This document shows, one piece after another, positions 24,982 to 39,600 of a stretch of DNA of 64,000 nucleotides. The DNA comes from Phoronis australis (taxonomy: Eukaryota; Animalia; Phoronida), in the NCBI GenBank assembly GCA_002633005.1, contig NMRA01000039.1, positions 179,225 to 243,224 of the forward strand, read 5' to 3'. Below the pieces are notes generated by a model. That model saw only the letters and a program-made list of their open reading frames with translations. It did not search any database and was not told the origin of the DNA. Both the position numbers and the translations under genes were made by a program. Each line of letters opens with the position of its first letter. Position 1 is the stretch's first letter.

Positions 24982-26829
24982 AACTGTGGAAGAGAATCAA
25001 CGCGAAAACCCATGCAAGCTACGGGAGGAGGTTGAATGAAATGAAAGATCTTTACGAAACCATGGTTAGTACCGCAAGTTGTCAGCATAAAAAAGTACTC
25101 GTGTTGCAACAGGAGAACGGGTCCCTGCACAAAGAATTCGAGTGCGAACGAATCAGCAACCACAACTTAAGTTTGGAAAGTGGTAGGTGAAAAGACTAAT
25201 AACCTTGCCACCAGGCATATTGTGGTCCTTTTCTCTGAGGATTGCTCCAAGTAAATTTTAAATCGTGAGAAAGACTTCTCTTCTTAATTTTTACAGATCA
25301 AATACATGTGGACTACACTTTTAAACAATCTGACTAGCGTTTCTAAAAACAAGTTGAAGTGTGGATTCTGTAGAAAGGATTATACCTCGGGTTAAATGTA
25401 AACTACCTAATCTTTTACAACAAGACATTGACTCGCTAATTTTTTAATATGGCGAATTGCTCAGTAAGTTTTATACATAACTGAATTTCCGCAGGAACAG
25501 AACCGATTAGACTACTTTCAAATTATCCTTTCAGAGAAACTTAGGAGCTTCGTTTCTGAAAAAGAGGAAGAATTGCGGACTTTGATGGAAAAAGTTTTGC
25601 GTTTTGATGAAATGTACCGAAGCAAGGAAAAAGAATGCCGCCTGAGATCTTCAGCAGCTGATCTTCTGAAACAAAGTTTCGAAAAGATGAAAGAGAATCG
25701 AGGTAAGGTGTGGAGTGAGTTGGACGTAACACGCAATGAGAACACGAAGCTACTTGGATTTATGAGAGATCTGGAAGACGAATGTTGTCACCTGCGAGCA
25801 AAGTTCGAACAGGAAAAGAACACTCTTCTTCAAGTTAACAAAGACATTATAGAAGAAAAAGACGCGCTGAAAAAGCGCATTGAGCAACTTATTGAAGGTT
25901 CTTCACAGAAAGTGTGCGAGAAGGGAAGTGAGTCAAATGAGCACAACAGGAGTTTAGAATTCGAAGGAAATGACGCAGAGCTTCGACAAAAAGAGAAAGA
26001 AGAAGAAACGCTTTCGAAACTTTGTATCGAGAAGGATGAGGAAATAGAGAGGCTTAAACTAATGCTCATTTCACGAAGATTGTGCTCTGCACCAAAAGGG
26101 AGCCTAACCGATGCAGCTGTGTCGACGATTGACATTGAGGACGAGTCTCAAGTGTTGAAGGGGCTTCTCAAGGATAAAGAAGAACAACTCTGCCACGTCA
26201 TCAAGGAAAAGGAGTCTCTTGAGAAACAAATGAATAAATCATTTTTGGAAAAACAAGTGCTTACGAATGACGAAACCTGCACAAGATTTCAACACCAAAG
26301 AGGTGGTACCAATGGTGTTCAAGAAACTAGTTCAGCTGATCAATCTTCGAATGTTTGCAACGCAGATTTTGTTACATGTGTGACAATGAATGAAGAAAGA
26401 GGCACGAAAGTCGATGAAAAGGGTTATACTTCAGAAGCATCTGCTGAAGTCGTCGAAAATCGTCAAGCGGCAGACGAACTAAAACAAAAGCTTCTAGCCA
26501 ATGAGAAAGAAATAGAATCACTGAAGAAGCGGAACTTAGATTTGTTCTTCTTGCTTAACGATTTGAAGATGGAACTTGACAATCATAAAGAAGCAAACTC
26601 TCGCCTGTCTCGCGAAATAGACGAAACTTCTACTGAACTTGAGTGTCAGGTATCGAGAAGAAATAGCAACTTAGAAATCAACAAGAGCCTTAGGAACAAC
26701 GATCAGGTTATATTCGAGCAGTTACAAACTTTGGTCGGGGTGATGGAGCAGCAAATGTCACTACACGGCAAGGTTGACAGAGAAGAACTTGTTGCGTGTG
26801 TTAGCAGTGACAGTGAGCGCCATTCCTAA
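24982..26829 (+). CDS. Uncharacterised coiled-coil protein, last two coding exons
   Basis: Exon 24982-25182 (ELWKRINAK...NHNLSLES, phase 1) joins the acceptor at 25535 into the 418-aa E/K/L-rich open frame with heptad character, stop at 26827-26829. A possible upstream phase-1 exon at 22494-22671 is weakly supported. Confidence 0.72.
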
Positions 26830-28204
26830 AAATGAGCGGATTTACTGTAGATTGATTTACGTCACTCAAGACATTCAACAATATAAAGAATAATTTGCTA
26901 CGTTCTGTTGTACACCCCGAAGGGTTTCGGGCAAGTTTTTTTTAAAGCCCTCCCCACAATTAGCAAATTTTTAAGGTAATTGCAGTTTGCATATCTTTAC
27001 ATCATCTGTCCACTTGATTGAGTTACTTATAGTAGAGCAGGTGGTTATGTGAAATAACTTGTCAGACGTCTGGTCTGCTGCCTTATCGTCCTATCCTCTT
27101 CTTACCGTGGCCATGAGATGTCTGCGTTCCCATAACGTGATTTGTAGTTAGGTTCTGCCTACCCATGGTGAACGCACGTGATCGGCCTGAACATTCGTCT
27201 TCTGCACCTGAGCGGGCAATACCTAACAAACCACGCAGGTTAGTTAGTCAAGGCTTCTCACACAGTGAAGGGTGATACGGTATGATTTAGGGTCGGACGT
27301 CTGACTGGTGTTTACAATGTGAAGTTTTAGGCGGCGGACCAGACACTCGACCTGTCTTATTACTGGACGCCACGTGTTCACTATGCCGTCACAGGTCACG
27401 TGTCTTAATGAAGCATAACTCGTGTCTCGGTCAACTCAAACAGTCTGAAGGGGGTAATTCGCCGCTGTTTAGCAGACAATGTTGTATTCTTAACCCAAAC
27501 GCTTAGGGGTTTAAAAACAACACCACACTCACCCGGTCTTAAGTCGTTACACATTGAGATGGCAACTCAAATCCATGGGAAATGTGTACATGGGCTATTT
27601 TGGAATTCGCAGTTTAAAGGGTTGTTCAATCCTAATAAATTGTGAAGCGTTTTCTCGAGTCGCTGATGGTTTCGATGTTCTTGGTGGTGACATGGTAAGG
27701 AATGTTACGAGACCGATTTTGTGCAAGTAAAAAGTATAATTCGAATTTGTTAAACCTTCGGCGAAATGTAACTTTAAAATTTTACTAAATCATCAAAATT
27801 GATTGTACAAAAAGAAACGTATAGGGGCTTCTGTTTCAAATTTTCCGAAATATAATCATCAAACGCTCAACGGTGCCAACTCTTCTTTGAAAAAATATTG
27901 CTCTTTCATGTCAACTTTTTCAAGTTTAATGGAATTTAATGGACAATCTTCAAATTTTAACTTTTCTGGGCTCCCAACAAAATAGCCACCAAAGAGAAGG
28001 TTGACGAATTTCACTTTTTGAATATCTAGACAGATTGATGTTCTTATAAACAAGGCATAGGCCTATTCATAAAGGCTAGTAACTTACGTCATACCTGCAT
28101 GTTGTTTATTGAACCAGGTTCTTTCCTGTGATAAAATTTAGTGCGGGTTCTAGAAAATCGGCAGGTTTAAAGGGTCATTCTGGTCGAGAAAATTTATAGA
28201 AATT

Positions 28205-28275
28205 AGCAGAGGCACGGAATCGAAACCACTAGCTTCGCAGTAGCAGTGGAACGCTGTGCCGCCGAGTCGAATACA
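28205..28275 (-). mobile_element. Degenerate tRNA-derived (SINE-head-like) fragment
   Basis: The minus strand reads actcggcggcacagcg (A-box-like) ... ggtttcgattcc (B-box-like); no intact cloverleaf. A similar fragment lies at about 35515-35590. Confidence 0.3.
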
Positions 28276-30615
28276 ACGCGTCAAATTGTAGTTATTTTAC
28301 GCGTACTTAAATGATATAGTCATTAGCCTCGAGTTCAGGTAACGTCTGACAGATGGGGCGAAAATTGGAGATTTGTAGTAAAATCGCAAAAAGACAATGA
28401 ATTTTGTTGTTTGGCGGCTCTTGTCAAAGCTTACAACGTCAAGAAGTGTAACCATCCAACAATAACCCCAAAACGCGTTTTTCGATCATACATGTATAAC
28501 AGATAGTGTCCCTTTCGTTAAACCATTCTCATTGGATTGAAATGGCATGGATGTTGACCAATAATAGACCAAGTTTAAAATGGGCATGGGGTGTTTATTT
28601 CACAATTCATTTAACCCTTTAACACACAGCATTTAATTTTGCACAAACTTAAAATGGCATGGCCCACGCGAACAACAAAAATTCCAAAATTACAACTGGA
28701 TTACAATAACTTGCTTAGGTGGTTCATAAGATCATACTGGTTTACCATATATTAGGTAGCTTACAATTTATAGACTAAGCATACAAAGGGAATGCTACAG
28801 CTAGTTAACTCTAGAATGGTGTGCTCAATTGCACCCTCAGGCAAGGGGCGGCACCAACGGGGGTGGGCGGCACAAACGAGGAGGGACGGTACAAAAGTTG
28901 GAGACAAGAGAGCCACCTTTATCTTCAGCCACCGTCCCCTATAATCTAACTACGCCTCTAGCAACCGCGACATATACTCAGTACAGCCAGTCAATTATAA
29001 ATTAAGTACATTGCACAAATCTGTATGTGCAGATTCTTTGCAGTATATCTACACCAACATATCACTATGTACAGTGAACGTTCTAAGTAATGGTTTATAA
29101 ACATATTACACCAACTTACAAAGTCAATTCCGCGTGTGACTTAGTATCAAGACAAAACACCAGTTACAACATTATGTCAATGCAGCCCTTAGTTCACAAA
29201 GGCATTACACAAACCTGCCACCAATCAATAACAAAAATGAACATTTGTACAAATCTTCAAATTACAAATTCAACAGACAAGCATAATTTATGAACATGGA
29301 AGGCTATCTTCAAGACAACTCACATCGAGGTAGCCCTCAATACTCATGTCTACACTCCGGAAAATTAGACACAACCTGCTAAAACAATGGCAACCGAAAA
29401 AACAGTTGTGGACACTTGTTACTATTAGGGCAAGAACCCTGTGTGTCGCATTCGAGACATTATTTGACAGAGAGGTTGCTGCCTGACCCCAGCCTATTTC
29501 ATTATGCCTTAGGACTCTCTCAGATGTTTTGAAAACAAATGTGTTGTGACTGGGGCCTAATCAACAATATTCCACACAGCCAACTGTTATAAAAATGCAT
29601 CATACATTCCTATAGCAAGGCCAAGTGCATGCATGTAAACCTATTAACCCAAAAACATAATTTCGTGAAAATTTCAACTGCTAAATTGCCCCCTTGGCAA
29701 CATGAATCGGAAAAAAGTTCAAGGCCTGTGAAATTTTTGAAAATCTATTCCTACTTTGAGGTCCAAATCATGCAATACTAGTGGCAGATACCTCAACTCT
29801 AAACATCCAAATTGTGCTCTAGTCATAAAGGGATATTATTTAATGTGCCTCACTTCAGCCTCTTCACTTATTAGATATACGTAAACCCAATATTACTACT
29901 CTCCCCTGAGGGGGGAAAGAACATACTCTGTAAAGCATCCTTGTAACAGTTTTTGCTCTCAAAACATCAAAACCAATAAATGACTTCTTGTAGGAGTTGT
30001 GCGTTCGCAGTCTGCAACACAGCATGTAACACTGTCTCGAGGGAAAGGCGGCAATATTCCATGCAGGATTACCTTGCTAACCTAAAGTATGGACGTCCCA
30101 CTAAAAACTGCTCAGCAGTAACTGACATGCAAAAGAAGAAAAGTTCTTTTAAGACAATTAACTTCATACATGTCATTGTTTTTGTTTAATGACACAGAAC
30201 GGCAAAGCAAAATCCATATAGCTGAAGACCACAGACAGAAACTCCGTCACACAAATAACAAACTTGGGTCAGGGAGAACACTAAAAGTACAAATTACTGG
30301 CACTTAACATTTTTTTTTGGAAAAATGATGCCAAAACCACTGCCATTTACCCGAGCTTTTCATTTCTTCATACAGTGGTCCTGGAGTCTCACATAAACAT
30401 GGGCGTCAGTGGTCATAGCATTACTACTGAACTTTCCTGAGCTGGTTTCGCAACTTAAATCCAGAGACTTCACCCTTAAATCACCAGAGATTTGATTAAC
30501 ATGTCCACAATTGCAATCACCATCACCGTCATTGTCAGCATCATAAGCCTGGCTTCATGATCAAATACAAATCAAACCATATCAACACTAGCAATGCCTC
30601 TATCATTGCCGTACT

Positions 30616-33600
30616 TCATATCTTCCCAAAGCAGTCCTTAATGCTTTGCCATACAGCAATCCCCTGTAAAATAATGCAAGAAATGACGAGTTAAGAAGTG
30701 CCAATCACATCACTGCCAATCTTGGTCAGCACACCAACAGTGTCATTTTCTCATCAATGCAATTATATTCGCACAAGCTGTAATTCTTTTCTCATCAACC
30801 ATTGAATGCATTTCGTTTTTCGTGCATTGAGTTCTTTTCTCCAAAACTATATGTGGGACTAGTATGATTTCGAGTTGACTCACTCCACGCGTATAGAAAC
30901 TGATGCATAATAAGTAAATGAGTTCCGATATTACTAAAAATACTACAGTGAATGATTTTAAGCACACAAATTGAGTTGGAGGTTGTCAAGGGGTTTCTAA
31001 GGCCTGAAAGATTGCGATACGCAACAAAATAGTCGAAAAAAAAACAGCTAGCACAAAAAGCGTGATTATGAGCGGAAAACTGGTCCTGTGTCAAAAGTTG
31101 AGATTTGAGTTTTAATACGTTTTGTAAATGAATATTTGTCACGTGCGCTGTATGATGTATTTTATTGCATAAAATGTAACAGCACCTGACTGTATGTCAA
31201 ATGCTGTAATGCTGTGGCAGTTTAGTTTATGGACAGCGAATTGCTACCACAGTCTGCCGAGAATAGTTAAAGAAAATAGAAGTGAGCTAGTAGGAACTGT
31301 ATTGTGACTGGTAAGAAGAAACTGAAGCTTGTACGAAAAGAATTTTTACAATGAAAAAATGACGGTGTTAATAAGAAAACCCGAGAAGACTGTGAGAGAG
31401 GAAAATTGGCATTCACTAATTTAATAAAAATAACAACAGTCTCTTTTCAGAAAATTTTTAAGAAGACAGGGAGCACTACTGTCGCATATAAAAAGTGGGG
31501 AAACAACGTAACAGATGTGGTTGTGCTTAAAGTATTTAACTTAAAGCACGTTTTTGTGAAAATGGTGCAGATCGGTACTGACAGCGATCATCATTACAAA
31601 CACATCCACCCGGCACAAAAATTGTTGAGGATCCGCCCAATCTCCACCAGGAAGTAAATTAAGGGAGAAAACTAGCATTATTTTCAGCTGTCACCATTTG
31701 AATAGGAACAATATACATAATAGTGTTAAATGTATATAAACATTAAAACAATAGTAATTGGAAATCAAATCATATTACTTTGTTTTCAGCTGCTGTCAGT
31801 GCTTATATTTTACTTAGATCTCCTAGAAATTCCAATAGACATTCAAAAGCTTGGATTTTGCCAATCAAGTTTGAACTCAATATGATGAAATACACATTAA
31901 GGGAATGTTTACCTTTTTACACTTATCTATTTGCAGTATTGCATAGTTCAGTAAGGCCTCCTTAATATCCTTGGTCTTTTGAGCTTTAAAACGTTCGATA
32001 TCCCGTATGGCGTCTTCTAAAAACAGCCTGAAATAAGCACTATTCCATTCAGACACTTGGTTTAATAGTTAAATTAGAATACCGCAAGACACTTTAATAC
32101 ATGCACGTAAATTCTACAGCAATATTACCTTGTTTGAACCGAATGAACTCTAAACAACGTCTTCATGATGCCAAAACCACGGTTCACATCACCATCATAC
32201 AAACAGCACACATTCATGCTAAGTAAAAGTCAACCAAAATTTGACAGCCGATAAATGAAGATTTACCTATAACTAAATACTGGCTGCAATAGTTGCACTG
32301 TTTTACCACACACCAACTTACGGCTAACCGCATTCAACAAGAAGGACTGCTGTTTTGCATGTCTTACAACAGAGAGAGAGTGAGAGATCGAAAATTCTAC
32401 ATGCAATAAAAATAGCTATGAAAGCAAATGGCTCACGTGTCGCCATTTTGTTGTGTGGAAGCTCACTGTAAACAAACCAGCATGGCCATAGCAAAGAAGG
32501 GGTATTGGTGTATTAAATTCAAAATACTAACAAATAGGAATAAATAAAGCAAAATCTGAGCGCATTGTTAGCAGGTTACTTAAAGTAAGGACTTAAGAGG
32601 ATTTTCATTCTATTTTAAAAATATTCCAAACGTGATATCACAGGAAAGAGTACAACACAAGCGTTTTGGTACCTGTTTCATCAAAATCAATCCACTATCA
32701 AAGTTAGAGCCTTTAAGTCCACTGACTCGCTCAGTTCAGGTTCCACACAACAAAATGACCCCTGCTATACGTAAACAATTCAGGTAACAGCCAATCTCTG
32801 TCTCTCTACATCTTGCACACTGCAGACTACCGCCTGCCAACAATTGTGACGCTTACTCCGTTTCTTGTGTCTGTTTTCGAAATTGTTCTTCCGCCTCCCG
32901 AATTTGTTCATCGAGTTGTTTTAGTTTTTGTTCCTTCTGCTCTGGCGTGTCACCACCAAACAGTCGTGACTTCATCCCACTGAATGATAGGGCACTCGTC
33001 TTACCTTCCGCCTACAAACAATCACAGGTGAATATTAAAGGTACTACAAAGTCAAATAGACAAAATGACCCGTATTTCCCCGTAGCCTTTCCTAATGACC
33101 CAGAATGAAGAAATAACAAGACAATGTGTAAGGTAGCCGAGCCCTTCTGCATTCGGAATTTTGCACCCATCACAGTTACTACTTGACAATTTTGCTGTTA
33201 ACAAAATTATCTTACCCGATTACTTTTGACTGGTAATGTAAGAAATCAATTTTAAATGTATATGGAATGGACAACAATGACCAAATCATTCCGCACCAAT
33301 GTACACGCCCCACTCAGCACGTAAAAACCCGTCGCAAATTTTGACCTACAATTAATCTAACTAGCAGTGACGAACCTGACTTCCGACGCAACCAGTTAAC
33401 TCCAGTCAGTATGGGGCATTATCATGACTATATCAACAAAACAAAACAAAACAAATAGTTCCAGCCCAAAACATCAACCAACAGATGGTGCTGCAAGCGG
33501 CTTTACTTTAAGACATAAGTCAGAACACGAAAAATGCAAAAATGTTATAAGTGAAATTTAATGTGCCTTTGAGCAAAAAAATTGAGTAAAATATATTGTT

Positions 33601-36600
33601 GTCAGCCTAATGCGTTACTTCAACTGTAGACACATAGCCATGAGTGTGCACAATAGTTTCAACCAACTATTATATCTGCACTGTTTTTACCCAAGCTGCA
33701 CAAGATCTTCCAATAAAACATATATTAAGTGGTAACGTAAACTCACCAACTGGTGGCGTTGATTTTTCTTGTATGACAAGTTGTCGTCTGCTTTCTCCAG
33801 AGCAAGTTCAGACAGTTCTTGCTTACGACAAACAGACCTGTTAAAAACACAAATTAAAACATAGCAAAATAACAACAAAAACTGGATCCATTTTCTGCAT
33901 TGACCTCGTTAATGGGTCAACTAAGCAAATGGGTCATGTTTGCGTTGTTATTTTGCTATGGATATATCTTTCTTTTCTGATACAACAAAACAACAGAAAC
34001 ATGACAAATTTTCTTAGATGTAATAAATCTGCAGCATAAAAAAGATTCGAAAGATTCCTTTTATGCAACTTTTGCATCTTTACATAAAGTCATAAAAAGC
34101 CTATATTTGTCAGACCTTGATGCAAAAGTAGAACACTTTACGAACAATTCCCAACACAATTTGCGAGAATGGTGCATAAACCATGGTGCTAGAAAATTTC
34201 ATTTGAATCCGACCAGCCATTCAGAATTTCATTGAGCCAGTCCACAATAATGCTCAAAAGTATCACTGTGAAACAGGGACCCTGGAAATATTGCAACAGA
34301 ACTGTTACTGCTCTCTAGAAGCTTTTTATTCGATCATTTCTCTTCAGAGAAGATTAAGCACCACACACCTCAGAGAATCTCCAAAGCTGTAATATTCTTT
34401 CAGTTGATCGGCAAATGCTTCCTCGTCTTCTAATATGGAATCTATCTGGCTGGAATGTCTGTAAAACAGTCAGTCCGAAGACAGTGGAAAACAAAGGCTT
34501 AAAAATAAATATCACCATGGTAAAAACTCACGAATCAATCTTGAACAAGAAATAACCGTCGGGATTGTCATTTTTTACTTTTTCAAGACATGTAACAATG
34601 AATGGCCAGTTTCTCAAACCATTGTCATGTCGTATGCAAGTTCAGACTGTTAAACCTGTATTCTGTGCTACTTATCTTAGACGGAGAAATGCAGAAAAAA
34701 ATCCATTTGTCCACCATACCGTGTCCTAAATTGGTGAGATTTTACTGTTAAATGTACAAAAATTATGTTGCTTAGTTTACAGAATCAGTCATATTAATTT
34801 TGAAATAGCATGCAGGTGGTCTTACGGTTAAACCGCGATTCTCCAGAAAAAAGTTCAAGTCTGCAAGAATCAAACCTTTCGTAGTAACTAGTATCCAAGC
34901 ACCACTGTTTTTACATGTCCATAAACCTATCTCACGTCCCTCTATAAAGCAATGGCAACTGTTTTCCACAGCAATGCTCAATGCTCAAACACAACAAGTT
35001 GCTTCAGCTCACAGCACTTGAAATTAGAAGGAATGCTACTTAGACTCACACGTCCATGTAGTGACCTGCACTCTGCAATCCATCGCCCATGTCACTTTCG
35101 GCGGCACTCCATTCGCTGAACACACGACCATAGTTAGAGTGGATCTTGTGAATGCCATACAATCGATCAGCCATTTTCTGCAGAAGAAATTGTCATCAGT
35201 ACTCTAGAACACAAAACTCCCTATATGGGAGGACTGTGTAACAGCATTCAATAAGTCAACAGTTAGCTCATACAAGACCCAATTCTTGATTCCTTTATCT
35301 AGTGAACTACACTAATTGTGGCGCGACGTTGTACTCATTACACATAATAATACAAATAATTGCACGCAGTCCCATACATATTGTACGATACCAGACATGC
35401 GTAGGCCACTCAGCTGGGCCCATTGTACTAATTGCTTGAAACTATTGTTTGCTTTATTAATTTATACTTAAACCTGAGCTGAGGAGCTACAGACCTGAAT
35501 CAGGGCCTTGCAGTGTGGCCCAGTGAGACCTGAACCCACGACCTTGAGTGAAGGAGATGGATACTAATCCCACTTAGGGCCACACAGCCTCCTGACATGA
35601 CAATGGGTCACGACACCTTATTCTAGGGGTGGACATAGCGTGGTTGCCATAGTTTTAAACAAAGTTCCTCATTTATAAACACCACTTAAGTGCCACATTG
35701 TGTTTGGACTCACAAACTCGATTCACTGTCCGCTAAACAAGTTGAGCCCACAAACACAGCTTCTGACTCCGGGAAAGACGGTTCACAAACTGCTAAACAT
35801 GGTACACGGATACGAAGGCCTCTTTGTGAGACTGGGTATGAGTTTGAGAGTTGTTGAATTGAGTTAATTAGGCCTGTGAGCTCTGCTAAGTGAGCAATTT
35901 ATAACTATATTCATGAGTGCGACAAATGTGTTGTTTCCACCCTATTATTGAGTCTGGTCTCAATTAATAACGGACTATGACAAAGTCCGGAAAGTCTCCA
36001 ATCTGCGTAAGGGATAAATTGGAAACAATTTTATAATGGTATGAGACCTAAACAAAAATTTAGTTTATCTGACATTAGGTCTCTTAAAGGGACTGTAACG
36101 TTGAACCATGTTCTCAGTCAAAAAAGTTTTTATTAAGGTCACTTAACATCAAAAATTGGTCTCCAATTGTCTTATTTAGCTTAGAGGTGATCTCTGGACT
36201 ATAGCAGAACCTTTTGGTAAAAATATTTCCTCGAGTGAACACAGGTTAGAATTGCACACGTTATATGCTTATGCGATAAAATTTTTAATTTTTGGGAAAA
36301 AACCTTCAAAAATATTCACATGATCAGGCCAAAAGATGTGGCCGTCACGATGCAACTGAAGAAAGGGGAACTCACAGCTCTTAGCTTGAGTAAGTTGGCA
36401 ATGTTCGACTGCACTTCCTTAGAGTAGGTCTTCAATTCGTCGATGCGAGGGTCCAACTTCTTGATACGAAAAGAGGCACTCATCTCTTTGAGCTTCCATT
36501 CTGCCTGCAAGTCGTAAGTTAACATGTAGCATTTGGTAAAAACTACGAAACCTTCAGAAAAAAACGTGAACATGGGTGTAAGATAGTACGTGCCAAAAAC

Positions 36601-39600
36601 TGTTTTCAAAAGTCCACAAATTATGACCTCATCATTCCACATCCTGTGGTGCTGAATTTCGGTGACGTTCAGCTGTCGTGACTGGGAATTGGTGGTCATT
36701 TGGTTGGATTTTTAGTTGTGTAATGCACCTATAATCACACAAGGTTAATGTTCAAAAAGGTGTATCATTCGATCGTCTTCTACGTTTCGTGCACAGTTCA
36801 AGTCATGATAACTATGAACTAAGCTGATTTCCGCCCATAATACCGAATTTACCATTAATATTTGAGTTAGTCATCATATCCATTACTTTCATAACCCAGG
36901 AATCATAACCAAAAAAAAAACGGTCAGCGGGCATGCGTTGTCAACTTAAAATATCACCCTCAGTGGAGTTAGTTTAGATGGGTTGCAACAATATTTCATT
37001 CCATAGCCAGTTTTTACCCAGAAATATCAGGAAGCCAATGCCTGGTTCGCTGGAGTGTCCACGACTTACACAGCAGCGTGGCAGGATTTACATGGATTGT
37101 GCAGTTCTTACACAGATTACATGCTTTTGACACGGATAACACATCTTTTCAATGCTCAAAAGCATTAAATCCGCATACAATTCTCACTTTAACTTAATTA
37201 CAAAAGCAATGACTATGTTGGAAATGCCAAGTCATACACCTGAGAAACTCCGAACATGCACCAAATGAAGTTAACTGTTCCTGAAAAAACGTCGCAAAAA
37301 CCGTCAACTGGTGTTGACTTGGGCATGTGGTTTTTTCATCATTCGGAGTATCAGGTGATCCCTAACTACAGTTCCTGTAATAATTTTACATCTATAAACC
37401 ACGTGCTGGAAATGACTACACAACCCACCCGCTGCTTTCCAGAATCTCAGTAACCACAGTAATTAATACGAGTTGTAATAAAAGTTTTTCTTCGACTAAG
37501 CTTGCTACAGCATAGCCAAATTTAAAATGATTGACAAAATACCTTTTTCTGGTAGTCTGTAGTGGCCAATGCTTCTTTCCAGCCTTCTTCCTATTTAAGA
37601 GAAACACAACATTCACTTGGTTATAACAATGAAGCCCTAGTATGAAATGTTTTCAATCTGCTTTAGACTGTAACCCAGTCCACACAGTTTCTTATCATGT
37701 TGTATATCCCCAGTAAAGGGTCGCACCAGCATTTTAAGCTGCTTTGGTGATGGTGTCCAACACTGTGCACTCAAATGCATTGCTTAACAAAGCCAACACT
37801 GCAGTTATAACTGTGCAAACAAAGCCCTGTGTTTATATTGTCTGTATCACCTGTTCAAGCTCTTTAGCTTTTTTGAATGGTAGAATATTTTTTGTGTTGA
37901 AAATTTGGATTTGTGACAAAAGATATTCTTACCAAATTTTTAAACTTTAGAAATTGGTCAATTTATTAAGACTTGCACCTTATGAATGTCTTCAGGATTT
38001 CAGCTGTACTACTTAAACTAAGTCTAGTTATTAGCGATCGAGATTACCATACCAATATTAAGCACTCTCTAATAACCCTGGTTTTAGTTTATTAAATAAT
38101 TAAATGCTTTCGGGGAAGTGGATTTTAGCTGCTAAAAGGTTTTGCGAAAAGTGCCTTAAGGGCTGAACACGTCATGTATGGAATGATGCAGTCTTGTATG
38201 TTTACACACCAGCATACCATGCTCTCCAGTAGAGCTCTTCAACAACACTTCTAGTCAAAGAACTAATTATGCCATTCAGTCTGGGAGTTTTAAACATTTG
38301 CCAAGCTGGCTCAGACAAAATATATTGCACTTTCCCTGTCTTTCTCTGCACATGAATGTGGAGTAAAAATTGAAAATACAGCAAACATTTAATACGTGTA
38401 CAATCATTGACAGAGAGTGCAACAAGTACTTAATATAAGTCTTCACAACAGAAATAGAAATAGAAAAATAGAATATTTAATGCGTTGCTTCTCGTATTAA
38501 ATAATTCTTATCCCCCAAGTCCATATTACCATTTGTTTTAACTGCTACCGCTATTTCTCCGTCTCTAATTAGAACGAATCATTTTACCACCTTTGATATA
38601 CTGTTACCACCTTTGACATACTGTTACCACCTTTGATATACTGTTACCATTTGCTCCCTTTGACTACACAGTAAGGGAATTTTACAGTTTCTACAGCATC
38701 CAATCGTAAATAAACACACCTAATGTCCTGGCATCATCAAAGAAAAGTGAAATTCCACAGCCAGCCAATAACCTTACAACGGAAGCCATAATTGTACTGT
38801 GTTTCAGTCAACCAGAGGGTAAAATAAGTATCGGCGACTGTGCACATAAACAGATGATTACTTACATCTCTTAAAAAGGCGAAGAACATCTTATCATGAC
38901 AAAGCACGGGATGGGCAGCAATTCTGAGCAGCAAATTCTGAAAAATGTGAGGTTTTCATTACAACCCAGCTCGAACTGTGAAGTGTGGCAGAGTCTTGTG
39001 AGAGCTAATGTTACATTTGGAAAGCATCAAAGAATAACCAGAATTGTCTTTGCATCATAGATGAGGTTCTGAAAACAACTGAAAGCAAAAAGCCAACTTG
39101 ATATCAAATTAATGTAATTAGTTTCTGCTTTTAAGAACTACCAAAAAAAAACGAGATTCAGGTACTAATTTTACTTACATTTTTCTGCAATTAAGAGTCC
39201 ACACACATTATTACAAAATATTTTCAAATGCAGATTGCCCAACAGAATTATGCTCATTGGCAAGAGTGAGTTTGAAAGTCATGAATGCGATGAGACCAGG
39301 TATTTAGGGTTGAGACCCAGTATGGCTGACGGGAAGACTATAATTTTCAGCATGGAACGTATGGTTATAAATGTCACCAAAGAGCAATTGGTAAAGTTTA
39401 CAGCCTTTGCAACAAATGAAGTAAACCTTTAAAAAGAGCAACGCAGAGCATTGAAATGCGCCCACAACACTGCAAACGGTGTGCATCCATGGGTGCTTTT
39501 AGTATCATAGAAATGACCTTAGATAGACGTGCAGAATGTGTCGACACCATCCAAATTGAGAAGGAGGAGACATCTCTGTAATACACAAATATCTGCCAAA

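Noticed and set aside
38584-38650. Short direct repeats as a possible CRISPR (also 52252-52370)
   Set aside because: No unique spacers, no cas genes and a eukaryotic context; these are plain minisatellites.
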